A stretch of 64,000 nucleotides of DNA from Bdellovibrionota bacterium (GCA_050950765.1 JBMNIF010000002.1:288001-352000), one strand, 5' to 3'. Shown: positions 1 to 9,992, numbered from the stretch's first letter. Made by a program: numbers and translations. The notes: generated by a model not told the origin, from the letters alone.

Positions 1-2
1 GA

Positions 3-245
3 GAGCTGTCCGATCTGGGGCTATTACACTTAGAAGATGCAGAGACGGGAGAAAGCGCCATTGTTGATACATCTTCAGAAAAATGGAGCCTTGAGTTTTC
101 TAAAAAAGCAGCAGCACAACAAGGAGAGTTAGATGCTTTTTTTAAACGAGAATCGATAGATCTCCTCAAAATTTTAAATGGCAGCGATTATATTAAAGAG
201 TTACTAACTTTTTTCCGTAAACGCAAAGGACGTTTAGCCGCATGA
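3..245 (+). CDS. DUF58 family protein, C-terminal part (5' end outside window)
   Basis: Frame 3 reads ELSDLGLLHLEDAETGE...DYIKELLTFFRKRKGRLAA*, a typical DUF58 C-terminus; TGA overlaps the next ATG (ATGA); sits upstream of Bat vWA genes. Confidence 0.8.
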   Translation, partial: ELSDLGLLHLEDAETGESAIVDTSSEKWSLEFSKKAAAQQGELDAFFKRESIDLLKILNGSDYIKELLTFFRKRKGRLAA

Positions 246-1213
246 GAAAAGTATTAAAACTTATTATAAAATTTCTCTTCTGCTCTTTTTTTCTTATTCA
301 GACTGCTTGTCACTCAGACCACTCTCAACAAACAACTTTTCAAGAAATAAAAACGTATGGAGAAAAAGAAACTCTTTCATTAGCTCTTTCAAAAAAAACC
401 ATTACTACTGCTGAAACGGTAACGCTTCTTCTGACCTTAAGGGCAGCGGAGGATGTTGCCATAACTCCACCTGATCTCAGCAACGCTTTAGGTGGCATGA
501 CGTTGCAATCTCGTAATGAAAGTACTCCACGTTTAAAAGATGGTTTTGTCACTATTGAGATTACTTATGAATTGCAACCTTTTTTAGCTGGTGAATATAC
601 CATCCCTGAATTAACTGCTAAGTTTAGCACTTCTGATAGAACAGAGCTTGTCAAAAGCGACCCTATACAGATTACAGCAACCTCTCTTCTGACCCCTCAA
701 GATACCGAGTTAAAAGATATCTTTGGGTTTAAGGATTCTTCCAACTTCTCTTATTATTGGTTCCTTTTAATTATCTTATTTTTACTACTCTTTGTGTTGT
801 TACTACTCTACAAAAAACATCATAAAAAAGAGAGCGCTATTCCGCTACCGACACCAAAAGAGGTAGCTCTTACTGCACTGGACAATTTAAAGAAAGAAGA
901 ATTGATTACTAAAGGTGAGCATAAACTTTTCTATATAAAACTTTCTTTTATTCTGCGTACTTTTATTGAAGATAACTTCGGCTTATCTCTTCCAGGAAAA
1001 ACAACAGAAGAGTTTTTAACAGAACTTCAAAAAAATCCACTTTTAAAAGATACAGAGCGTGCCCTACTTCAGGAGTTTCTGAAGCAATCTGATTTAGTTA
1101 AGTTTGCCAAGCACATTCCGCCCTGCGATAGCGCAGACAAAGCCTTAACACTTTGTTATGATTTTGTAATGAATACTTCAAACGTAACCGAGCTTTCAGA
1201 AGGAGTTGAATAA
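242..1213 (+). CDS. Bat-operon membrane protein (BatD-like Ig domain, TM helix, DUF4381-like C-terminus); possible lipoprotein
   Basis: N-terminal hydrophobic stretch ending TAC; YELQPFLAGEYTIP; one TM; TTEEFL and SDLVKFAK motifs; position between DUF58 and batA. Confidence 0.75.
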   Translation: MRKVLKLIIKFLFCSFFLIQTACHSDHSQQTTFQEIKTYGEKETLSLALSKKTITTAETVTLLLTLRAAEDVAITPPDLSNALGGMTLQSRNESTPRLKDGFVTIEITYELQPFLAGEYTIPELTAKFSTSDRTELVKSDPIQITATSLLTPQDTELKDIFGFKDSSNFSYYWFLLIILFLLLFVLLLLYKKHHKKESAIPLPTPKEVALTALDNLKKEELITKGEHKLFYIKLSFILRTFIEDNFGLSLPGKTTEEFLTELQKNPLLKDTERALLQEFLKQSDLVKFAKHIPPCDSADKALTLCYDFVMNTSNVTELSEGVE

Positions 1214-2265
1214 TGTTCCGTTTTGAAAGCCCTTATTATTTGTTACTACTACCTCTTATCGTTCTTTTATTACTGTTCCTTCGAAAGAGGAAAAGACCTG
1301 CTATAATATATTCAAGCACAAGCACGTTCAGAGCACTTCCAAAATCTTTCAAGCAGCGCATCCTTTGGCTACCCACTCTACTCCGTTTATCAACATTACT
1401 CTGTTTAATAATTGCCTTAGCAAGACCGCAAATGGGGTTGGAGACCGTGCGCAGATCAACCTCTGGTATCGCCATAGAGGTAGTACTGGATCGTTCTGGC
1501 AGTATGCAGGAACAGATCTTATATGATGGAAAGGCAGCTACTAGATTGAATGTTGTTAAGGATGTTTTTAAAGAGTTTGCTTTGGGCAGCGCCAAAAGTG
1601 GTTTAGCAGGACGTAAAGATGATCTAATCGGCATTATTACTTTTGCGCGGCATGCTAAAACTGTCTGTCCTCTGACTTTAGCACATGGAGCCATAGAACA
1701 TATCCTTAAGACTATAACTTTGGCAAAAAGTAGAGAGGAAGATGGTACAGCTATCGGTGATGCTATTGCGCTGGCAGCAGCACGCTTACAAAAAGCTGAA
1801 GAGAGTATTGAGGCGCAAGGCGGTGACACTGAATACAAGATAAAAAGTAAAATTATTATCCTTTTAACGGATGGTCAGAATAATGTAGGCACTATCACTC
1901 CTTTAGCAGCTGCAGAATTAGCTGCAAAATGGGGGATAAAAATCTATACCATCGGAATTGGTGGAAACCTTCAAACGCGGCAGGGCGGATTTTTTGATTC
2001 TTTCTTAATTCCGTTCGGAACAAATGTTGATACCCGTTCATTACAAAGCATTGCTGAAAAAACGGGTGGTGCTTTTTATATGGCTGAAGATGCACAGTCA
2101 TTACGTAAGATCTACAAAGATATTGACCGACTTGAAAAAACAGAGTTTAAGGCGACTCACGATATAAAATATCGAGAATTGTTTGTTCCGTGGGCGTTTA
2201 CAGCTCTGTTACTGCTCCTTTTTGAAGTGCTACTGACAAATACTTATTTAAGGAGAGTACCGTGA
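1213..2265 (+). CDS. batA: BatA-like vWA domain membrane protein
   Basis: MFRFESPYYLLLL start, ALARPQ, MIDAS DRSGSM, GTAIGDAI, LLTDG, C-terminal TM. Confidence 0.9.
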   Translation: MFRFESPYYLLLLPLIVLLLLFLRKRKRPAIIYSSTSTFRALPKSFKQRILWLPTLLRLSTLLCLIIALARPQMGLETVRRSTSGIAIEVVLDRSGSMQEQILYDGKAATRLNVVKDVFKEFALGSAKSGLAGRKDDLIGIITFARHAKTVCPLTLAHGAIEHILKTITLAKSREEDGTAIGDAIALAAARLQKAEESIEAQGGDTEYKIKSKIIILLTDGQNNVGTITPLAAAELAAKWGIKIYTIGIGGNLQTRQGGFFDSFLIPFGTNVDTRSLQSIAEKTGGAFYMAEDAQSLRKIYKDIDRLEKTEFKATHDIKYRELFVPWAFTALLLLLFEVLLTNTYLRRVP

Positions 2266-2358
2266 TCTTATTTGACGTATTTTCTGTTTTGAAAAAACTA
2301 CTTGCAATAAGGTGTTATTATGCTCTTTTTAGAGCGTTATATTAATATTGATACTGTT

Positions 2359-3381
2359 ATGACATTTTTATCGGATAAAACCTTACTTTTACTCTGGCTA
2401 GTACCTATCCTGATAGGGTTATACATCTACGCTTACAAACAACGTAAAAAAACTTTATTACGTTTTGCTGACCCCGCACAATTTTCAAAATTAAACGCGT
2501 CTATCAATCACCGTCACAGATTTTATAAAGCTTCTCTTATAATTTTAACTTGCGTCGCTTTAATCTTTGCACTTTCACGTCCAAGTTGGGGCAAGAGAAC
2601 TCAAGAATCTGTCAAACAACGTGGCAGAGACCTAATCTTTATGCTTGATGTTTCTCGTAGTATGCTTGCCACTGATATCAAGCCGAACCGTTTAGAACGT
2701 GCCAAGATCGCTATTAAAGATGTTTTGCCACATTTAACGGGAGATCGCGTAGCGTTAGTAGTTTTTGCTGGAGATAACACACTCCTCTGTCCGCTAACTT
2801 TGGACTATGGATTTTTTAAATTAATGCTGGACGATGCTGGACCACACTCCGTAGGTAAGGGGGGAACTTTAATTGGTGATGCTCTGCGCATGATTTTAGC
2901 AGATGTTATTGATGAACAAGATACAAAATACAAAGACATTATCCTTATTACAGATGGAGAAGATCATGAGAGTTTCCCAGTTGAGGCAGCTGCGGAAGCT
3001 GGAAAGCGTGGCATCCGTTTATTTGCTATTGGACTTGGAGATGAAGTAGAAGGGCAGCGCGTTCCTATCAATGATGAGAGGAATCAACACAGTTTTGTTA
3101 AACATAACGGACAAGAGGTTTGGTCAAAATTAAATCCGACGACTCTTAGGCAGATGGCGAACGCCACACCTTCTGGTAGGTATTTAAATGTAGCAACGGG
3201 TGCCGTAGATCTCGGTGAAGTTTATAAAACTTTAATAGCATCTACTGAAAAAACTGAGACAGGCATAGATAAAATGACCGTTTCAGAAGAAAAATTTCAA
3301 CTCTTTATTGCACTAGCGATCTTTTTACTAATCTTAGAAATGTTGCTTAGCTCTAACTTATTAACCACCACCCAGCAGTGA
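2359..3381 (+). CDS. batB: BatB-like vWA domain membrane protein
   Basis: ALSRPSWG, DVSRSMLATDIKPNRLERAK, PLTLDY, ITDGEDH; start placed at ATG 2359 (ORF track opens at 2320). Confidence 0.88.
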   Translation: MTFLSDKTLLLLWLVPILIGLYIYAYKQRKKTLLRFADPAQFSKLNASINHRHRFYKASLIILTCVALIFALSRPSWGKRTQESVKQRGRDLIFMLDVSRSMLATDIKPNRLERAKIAIKDVLPHLTGDRVALVVFAGDNTLLCPLTLDYGFFKLMLDDAGPHSVGKGGTLIGDALRMILADVIDEQDTKYKDIILITDGEDHESFPVEAAAEAGKRGIRLFAIGLGDEVEGQRVPINDERNQHSFVKHNGQEVWSKLNPTTLRQMANATPSGRYLNVATGAVDLGEVYKTLIASTEKTETGIDKMTVSEEKFQLFIALAIFLLILEMLLSSNLLTTTQQ

Positions 3382-3775
3382 CACCTACCCTCTAGCCCTT
3401 CAAAGCAGGATCTGGCAGACGGGATCTGGCGGATTTGGCTGGGCTTGGATCTGGTGCCGCCCACCAGTTAAAAGGGCTTGGATCTGGGACACTTGAGCGG
3501 GCTGCAATTGCAAAACGAATCGGCTAGATCTGGACGGAGGTTAAAAATTTGCTGCCACCCTTCAGGGACACTTGAGCGGGCTGCAACTGCATATCGGGCT
3601 AGCTAGATCTTAGCGGAGGTTAAAAATTTGCCACCTACCAGTGACGATCGAACGGGGTAATACTACAAGACGAAGCAACTAGGTCTGTACGGAGGTTAAA
3701 AATTTTCACCCACTAGGGACGGTTGGACTGGTACAACTGCAGAACGAGTCGGCTAGATTTGTACGGAGGTTAAAG
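3366..3775. repeat. Tandem array of a degenerate ~75-79 bp non-coding repeat (4 units) preceded by GGATCTGG micro-repeats
   Basis: Units start at 3486, 3565, 3641 and 3716; conserved core CTAGATCT..ACGGAGGTTAAAAATTT..CCACC; periods 79/76/75 are not all multiples of 3. Confidence 0.9.
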
Positions 3776-4744
3776 ATCTTTGGCTGCTTTTTCGAGTTTT
3801 ATCTGTTGTGCTAAACGTTGCAGATTCGGGTCTTTTTTGTTTATCGCAAGAGCTTCTGAAACTTCTTTATCAGCGAAGTCAAGTTTATCATTTAGCAGCA
3901 AGGCTTTTATATAGGTTGGAAAAAACTGATTTAGATAGCGATCTTTTCCGAATTTATTTTGTATTAGTGGTGAAATAACTTCCAGCGCTAACTTTACATC
4001 ATCATCATCAATTAGTGGATCTACATTAACTAAAAGGGTTTTAGCTAAAGCGCCTCTTAATGCTTCATTTTGTGGATCTCTATTTTGTGCTGTTTTTAAT
4101 AACGTTATAGCCTGTTTTTTTGCACCATCTGCAAAGTATATCTCCGCTAATTTTAGTGAAGCCAATGAATAAGCGGGATCGTTATTAAGCGCCTGATTAT
4201 AATTTGTCTTTGCAGCAGCAAGGTTCCCCTTGTTTTGATAAAAAACACCGATCTGATATAGCAACTCTGCCGTAGAGTGATCGCGTAAGTTTCCAAACCA
4301 TAAAGCTTCTTTAAATTTTTGAAAGGCTTTTTCACTATCCCCTGTGGCTAGGAAGGCGTATCCTAGCTCTGCAATAGCATCAGAGTTACTTCCGCGTAAC
4401 GCTAAAGATGATTGTAACGCCTTAACTGCTTCTTTAGCCCTCCCCATCTTCCTTAATGCTACACCTTTTAAATAGGCTTGTTGTTCCGGCGGCACAATTT
4501 TAACGGAGTGTCCTTTTTTCTGTCGTCTGATAATTTTTTTAGGTGCAGTAATTTTCTTTAACTCTTTTAATGCCTGCTCATAAGAGCCGTTATTAATGGA
4601 TTCTATCGCCTTTGTTAGATCTTCAGGATAACCTTCAGAGCTAATTAAATTCGAAGGTGTCGGAGTTACGATCGGTTTGGAGACCTCTGCTAAAGCAGAC
4701 AACGGAAGGATTAGGTAGATGATTATATAAACAGATCTTTTCAT
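3770..4744 (-). CDS. Secreted tetratricopeptide-repeat protein
   Basis: Signal peptide (SALA|E) and several TPR-like helices (AYLKGVAL, ELGYAF, LYQIGVFY..GNLAAAKTNYNQAL). Confidence 0.85.
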   Translation of the reverse strand: MKRSVYIIIYLILPLSALAEVSKPIVTPTPSNLISSEGYPEDLTKAIESINNGSYEQALKELKKITAPKKIIRRQKKGHSVKIVPPEQQAYLKGVALRKMGRAKEAVKALQSSLALRGSNSDAIAELGYAFLATGDSEKAFQKFKEALWFGNLRDHSTAELLYQIGVFYQNKGNLAAAKTNYNQALNNDPAYSLASLKLAEIYFADGAKKQAITLLKTAQNRDPQNEALRGALAKTLLVNVDPLIDDDDVKLALEVISPLIQNKFGKDRYLNQFFPTYIKALLLNDKLDFADKEVSEALAINKKDPNLQRLAQQIKLEKAAKDL

Positions 4745-5027
4745 AGCCGCACATATTACGACAATCTCTCTCTTGCAACAAATCTATAAAATCCCCTTTT
4801 GTACAAAACACTACAAACGGTGCTCTTATTTGTACAACCTTACCAAGCAAGATAACATATTGTTATTACAGGATGTCCTATATTAACATTAAAAATTATC
4901 TGTAACGTTTTTGTACATTCCGGCATCTTATACAGGTGTTGGGGAGTGTTTTGCTCTTATACGGTGGTGTCTTGTGAAAATTAGGAAGTGTGAGTTGTAA
5001 CGTCACGGGTTTTATTGAGGTTGTAAT

Positions 5028-6437
5028 ATGTCAGAGTGTGGTGATATCCGTAAAAAAATTCTAATCGTTGATGATGAAAAAAACATTCGAGATTCCTTAC
5101 GATTAATCTTAAAAAACAATTTCAATATTGAAACAGCTGTTGATGGTGAGGAGTGTCTTAGTAAAGTTAATAGTACCAGTCCTGATATTATTTTATTGGA
5201 TGTGATGATGCCAAAGTTGGACGGTATCGATACATTACGAGCTTTAAGAGACCAGCAATCGAAAATCCCTGTCATTATGTTAACAGCTAGCAGTACAGTA
5301 AAGGATGCTGTTGAAGCTATGAAGTTAGGGGCTGTGGATTATTTAAATAAACCTTTTGATGTATCTGAATTAACAGATCTGATAATTAATACGTTATCTG
5401 TTCCCGCCGATTCAAAAACAGAGACTGAACATAGCATTCAAGGAGAACCACCTCAAAGCGTCTCCGACTCTATCATCGGGGATTCTCAATTAATGCAAAA
5501 TGTTTTTCAGAAAGTAAAACAGGTCGCCGTTAGAGACACCACTGTTTTAATCACAGGAGAGTCCGGAACAGGCAAGGAATTGATCGCACGACAGATTCAT
5601 GAACAGAGCCCAAGAAAATCCGCTCCATTTATTGCAATAAATTGTGCCGCCATTCCAGAAACTTTGATTGAATCAGAGCTTTTCGGACACGAGAAGGGGG
5701 CTTTTACCAGCGCAGTTGAACAACACATCGGATATTTTGAATTAGCTGACAACGGTACAATTTTTCTTGATGAGATCGGTGAATTAAATCTGACTGTACA
5801 GGTCAAGCTATTACGTTTTTTGCAGGAGCGTGAATTTTATCGTATTGGTAGAACAAAACCGATTAAAGTTAATGTCCGTATTGTGGCTGCCACTAATAAG
5901 CGGCTTGAAGAGTTGACTAAGGAAAAGAAGTTCCGTGAAGACCTTTATTATCGTATTAATGTAATTAACATTGAATTACCGCCGCTAAGGGATCGTTTTG
6001 AAGATATCCCTCTTTTAATTGATGCTTTTATGGCTAAATATGCAAACACTTATGGCAATCGTCAATTATCATTTGATAGTGCTGCCATGAATCGTTTAAT
6101 TGAATATCCGTGGCCGGGTAATGTCAGAGAGCTTGAAAACGTTGTAGAGAGTTTATTGGCGCTAGCTCCGCATGATCAGATTCGAGAAGATGATCTGCCG
6201 CCGAAACTAAAAGTTCCTCACACACTTAAGGAAAACAATCCTCATATCTTTGAAGGTAGTTTAAATTTTCAAGATGCAGAACGCACCTTTGAAACGGAGA
6301 TAATCCTTAAAGCTTTAAAAAAGACGAACTGGGTTCAAACCAGAGCCGCCGACCTTCTCGGCATTAGCCGTCGTATTTTAAAATATAAGATGGACAAACT
6401 TGGCATTACTGAAGAGCCCCTCCCTTCAGGTTCTTAA
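5028..6437 (+). CDS. Sigma54-dependent response regulator (NtrC/AtoC family: REC-AAA-Fis HTH)
   Basis: ILIVDDE, LLDVMMP, GESGTGKE, GAFTSA, FLDEIGE, WPGNVRELEN, C-terminal HTH AADLLGISRR. Confidence 0.95.
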   Translation: MSECGDIRKKILIVDDEKNIRDSLRLILKNNFNIETAVDGEECLSKVNSTSPDIILLDVMMPKLDGIDTLRALRDQQSKIPVIMLTASSTVKDAVEAMKLGAVDYLNKPFDVSELTDLIINTLSVPADSKTETEHSIQGEPPQSVSDSIIGDSQLMQNVFQKVKQVAVRDTTVLITGESGTGKELIARQIHEQSPRKSAPFIAINCAAIPETLIESELFGHEKGAFTSAVEQHIGYFELADNGTIFLDEIGELNLTVQVKLLRFLQEREFYRIGRTKPIKVNVRIVAATNKRLEELTKEKKFREDLYYRINVINIELPPLRDRFEDIPLLIDAFMAKYANTYGNRQLSFDSAAMNRLIEYPWPGNVRELENVVESLLALAPHDQIREDDLPPKLKVPHTLKENNPHIFEGSLNFQDAERTFETEIILKALKKTNWVQTRAADLLGISRRILKYKMDKLGITEEPLPSGS

Positions 6438-6454
6438 CTGGTTAACCCATTTAA

Positions 6455-6524
6455 TAACAGCAGAACGGGCTGCAAGCAAAAACTGAATTAGCTAGATCTT
6501 TACGGAGGTAAAAAATTTGGGGTC
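6455..6524. repeat. Single copy of the ~78-bp repeat family between convergent genes
   Basis: GAACGGGCTGCAA...AGCTAGATCTTTACGGAGGTAAAAAATTTGG matches the units at 3486-3775 and 23350-23690. Confidence 0.85.
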
Positions 6525-8900
6525 TTAGTAATCGTACTCCATCTTTTCCCAAGCTAGATCTCGTTTTTTAGCTTCTTTATCAGTAACGATATCTTTCAAT
6601 AAAGTTCGTCCAAGTTTGGCATAAACTTGATCTAGTGTCATAGCTCGTCCATCGGGAGTTAGTGGATCTAAGAAATCAGGATGGAAGCGCATCATATGTT
6701 CAAGGACTGCCCTATCATGATCTGACTTTGAAATAATTGACCAGACATTACGTCCGATCTCACAAAAATCGGTAATATTCCACTCCAACATATTATTAAT
6801 GTAAAGCCCGATCTGTAACATCTCTTCCGGCGCAGGTGGTCTATCGAAACCGTAAGTACCACCACTGTAACGCATACGATCTACAACACCGATTAAGTTC
6901 GAAATCAATTGCGGATCACAATGATCCTTGAGAATCTTCTTCTCCAAATCTGCATTAAGGTAGGTAAATTGAACTGGATGAATACGTCTCAATAAAGCAT
7001 CATTTAAGTTTCGGATAAAGTTTTTAGTAAAGATCAGTAGGAGATTATCCGTATTAGCATCGATCGGAGGACGCGACTCTGGAAAAATTGTAGCATCCTG
7101 AATTGGACCTAAAAAGAAGGTATCAATTGCAGTATCGACTTTATCTATTTCATCGATTAAAAGGACAACAGGTTGGTTGTGCGATTTTAGAAAAGCTCTG
7201 GATAAAATACCTAGATTAACCATCTCCTCTTTTGCAGTAAACTTACGACCTGCCATAGCATTTGCTATGCCCATAATGCTAGGCACCTCTATCAGGTGTT
7301 GCGTATTCATACCTGCATAACAACTTAAACACATAAACTCAGCACCGCAGATCTTCGCCAAGCTTTTAGCCAAAAAGCTTTTACCGCAACCTGTTGGCCC
7401 TTCTAAGAGCAACGCTCTAACACGCTCAGTTGGAGTATTTAAAATTAAGCAAACCTGTGTAGCTAAAAATGGTAGGCATTGATACTTAACTTCTGCTAGC
7501 CGCTCTATTAACTGATCGGGAGTCCCTACATTTACTAAGCTGACTCGTTCCGGTTTATAAGCGTGTTCGCGGGCTTCATCTTCGGGATCATCAACGATAT
7601 TACGCAACACTATTCGCCCTAACTTGCCATAAACTTCATCTAGTGTGAGCAACCTTCCGTTAGGTCTTAACGAATCGTGATACTTGGGGTGATAGCGCAG
7701 CATTAATTCCAAGACGAACCTATCAGATTCACCTTTTGCCAAAAGATACCAAACATTTCTTCCAACGAAAGAAAAATCAACGATATCCCATTCCAACATC
7801 TGCCGCACATATCGTGCAACTTTCAACAACTCTTCTGGAGCAGGGGGTCGTTCAAATCGATAAGATCCGTCACCGTAACGCATGGTATCTGCAATCCCAA
7901 CTAGATTTTCAATCAAACGTTCATCACAGTGCGGTTTTAAAACTGCTTTTTCCAGATCTGAATTTAAATACGTCATTGCCACTGGGTGCAGACGACGCAG
8001 CAGCGCATCATTTAAGTGACGTTCATAGTTCTTCGTAAAGATCAGTAATAAATTATCGGTATTAGCTTCAATAGGATCGCGCGACTCAAGCCAGATACGT
8101 GCATCTTGAATAGGTCCAAGGAAGAAGGTATCAATACCGACTTCAACTTTATCAAGCTCATCGATCAGAAAGATAACTGGTTTTTCTTGAGACTTGAGGA
8201 ATGCTCTCGAGATAATACCGAGATTCATTAGCTCCTCTTTTTCTCCAGCGGCACGCCCTGTCATAGCATTAGCCATAGCAAGCGTTGACGGATATTCAAT
8301 CAGATGTTGAAGATCCATCCCTGGATAGCACGTTAAACACATCAGTTCGGCACCCGTGATCTTTGCCAAACACTTTGCCATAAAGCTCTTACCACAACCT
8401 GATGGGCCTTCCAGCAAAATTGAACGCACACTTTCAGTTGGGGAGTTTAGTAGTAACGCCACCTGTGCAGCATTAAACGGCAAACACTGATATCCAACAG
8501 CCTCCAATTTTAATGCGAGTTCTTCCGGAGTACCGACATTAGTTAAGCCGACCTTTTCAACGACGTATTCCTGCTCAAACTTTTCATTACGAACGGCAGC
8601 ACCTGCTCTAGCTTTGTAGATATCATCAGAGTAACCACCACGACGAAAATCTTCATCGTGTTCATCATACTCATCGAACTCTACTAACGGATAATCATCT
8701 TCATCTTCATCACTTATAAAACCGTCCGTATAGTTCTCATCATCCTGTGTGCCATTCCAATCATCTTCAAAAATCAATTCTTCTGTATCAATCTCATCGT
8801 CTAATTCTTTTAACGAAGAATTTTTAGCCTTTATTTTGTTGAGAGATTTAACCTCATCAACTTTTTCAAAACCCCTTTTCAAACCATTTTCACCAGACAT
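6525..8900 (-). CDS. Tandem double-domain MoxR/CoxD-like AAA+ ATPase with acidic N-terminus
   Basis: Two homologous halves, each with Walker A (GPSGCGKS / GPTGCGKS), Walker B (IDELDK / IDEIDK) and LNDALLRR; Asp/Glu-rich N-terminal ~100 aa. Confidence 0.85.
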   Translation of the reverse strand: MSGENGLKRGFEKVDEVKSLNKIKAKNSSLKELDDEIDTEELIFEDDWNGTQDDENYTDGFISDEDEDDYPLVEFDEYDEHDEDFRRGGYSDDIYKARAGAAVRNEKFEQEYVVEKVGLTNVGTPEELALKLEAVGYQCLPFNAAQVALLLNSPTESVRSILLEGPSGCGKSFMAKCLAKITGAELMCLTCYPGMDLQHLIEYPSTLAMANAMTGRAAGEKEELMNLGIISRAFLKSQEKPVIFLIDELDKVEVGIDTFFLGPIQDARIWLESRDPIEANTDNLLLIFTKNYERHLNDALLRRLHPVAMTYLNSDLEKAVLKPHCDERLIENLVGIADTMRYGDGSYRFERPPAPEELLKVARYVRQMLEWDIVDFSFVGRNVWYLLAKGESDRFVLELMLRYHPKYHDSLRPNGRLLTLDEVYGKLGRIVLRNIVDDPEDEAREHAYKPERVSLVNVGTPDQLIERLAEVKYQCLPFLATQVCLILNTPTERVRALLLEGPTGCGKSFLAKSLAKICGAEFMCLSCYAGMNTQHLIEVPSIMGIANAMAGRKFTAKEEMVNLGILSRAFLKSHNQPVVLLIDEIDKVDTAIDTFFLGPIQDATIFPESRPPIDANTDNLLLIFTKNFIRNLNDALLRRIHPVQFTYLNADLEKKILKDHCDPQLISNLIGVVDRMRYSGGTYGFDRPPAPEEMLQIGLYINNMLEWNITDFCEIGRNVWSIISKSDHDRAVLEHMMRFHPDFLDPLTPDGRAMTLDQVYAKLGRTLLKDIVTDKEAKKRDLAWEKMEYDY

Positions 8901-9128
8901 ACGTATCCTTATCGTTTTATTTTGATATGAAGACCCGAAACGACTAGTGCCTTCTCTTCTTTATTAACTATCGGCAAATTAACAGAAGTTACTTCAGGGG
9001 TATTTTTTATATTATATTAGATAAGATGTTGAAAAAATTAGTTGATTTTTTATAGTATACATTTTCCCTTTATTTACGCCACGTTAGCGTTATTTAGTGC
9101 CAAAAAAACAGGACTATCTCTACGTTAT

Positions 9129-9992
9129 TCAGATATCATCGACACTACCAGCAACAAAAACAGCTATTTTATTTTCATCAGCTCGTTTTATAAACTTATC
9201 AACATCTAGAATGATCGTTTTACCAACTTCAAGGACTAGAGCTGAAACTCCTGCTTTTTTAGCAATCTCTAACGTATCAAGCCCTACGGTAGGCAGATCA
9301 AGCCTTAGATCTTGCTGCGGCTTAGATAATTTGACGATTACGCAGCCCTGCCCAATTTTTCTGCGCGTTGTAGTACCTGCTAGATCTCCAGCTCTTAAAA
9401 TAGCAGCATCAGTCCCCTCAATAGCTTCCACAGCCACTACCAAACGTTGATGCACAATAACAGTCTGACCGATATCAAGGCGACCAAGCTCTTTTGCGAT
9501 CTCCCAACCGAGCCTAGCATCAACTTTTTCTTCCTCAGTTAAAGCACGTTTCGTTAGTAAACCTTTTTGCGAAACACTTTTTCGCAAAAAAATAGTGCCG
9601 TCAAAGATTTCGATGCCACAATTTTGCATCTCTCTTGAAACCTCTCTTAACAAGGCATCATCTCTGATAGATCGACACCTCGCTATAATCGAAATAGCTT
9701 TCAAATCTGGCTTAAAACCACCGAAGAGTTTAATTCTTTTCACACCACCAGCCAGAGCCGCCTGTTTTACGCCATGCTTTTTTAAAAAATCAATAGCACG
9801 CCCTACCTCACCGACCTTAAGCCATTTACACTGTTCAACCAGATCATTTAAACGTGGATCAGCCTCTCCGATAATTGCAACTGCAACGACAGATAATCCA
9901 GCAGCTTTGGCATTTTCTGCAAAATTTATAGGGAAACTACCATTACCTGCGATTAAACCTATTGGAGATACTAGATCTTCAACACGTATCAC
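9129..9992 (-). CDS. lpxI: UDP-2,3-diacylglucosamine diphosphatase LpxI
   Basis: IGLIAGNGSFP, LDIGQTVIV, AVEAIEGTD, KPQQDLRLDLPTVG; follows lpxA. Confidence 0.93.
   Translation of the reverse strand: MIRVEDLVSPIGLIAGNGSFPINFAENAKAAGLSVVAVAIIGEADPRLNDLVEQCKWLKVGEVGRAIDFLKKHGVKQAALAGGVKRIKLFGGFKPDLKAISIIARCRSIRDDALLREVSREMQNCGIEIFDGTIFLRKSVSQKGLLTKRALTEEEKVDARLGWEIAKELGRLDIGQTVIVHQRLVVAVEAIEGTDAAILRAGDLAGTTTRRKIGQGCVIVKLSKPQQDLRLDLPTVGLDTLEIAKKAGVSALVLEVGKTIILDVDKFIKRADENKIAVFVAGSVDDI

Noticed and set aside
1236..1838. Antisense ORFs over conserved genes (this one and others such as 9595-10041, 21673-22140 and 34627-34992)
   Set aside because: Shadow frames of well-supported CDSs with no motifs or ribosome-binding sites
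3486..3775. CRISPR array
   Set aside because: Whole units are homologous to each other, so there are no unique spacers; repeats are degenerate and no cas genes are in the window
9087..9102. Sigma54 promoter upstream of the tandem AAA gene (TGGCACTAAATAACGC), and the similar site at 60659-60674
   Set aside because: GG-to-GC spacing is 11 rather than the strictly required 10
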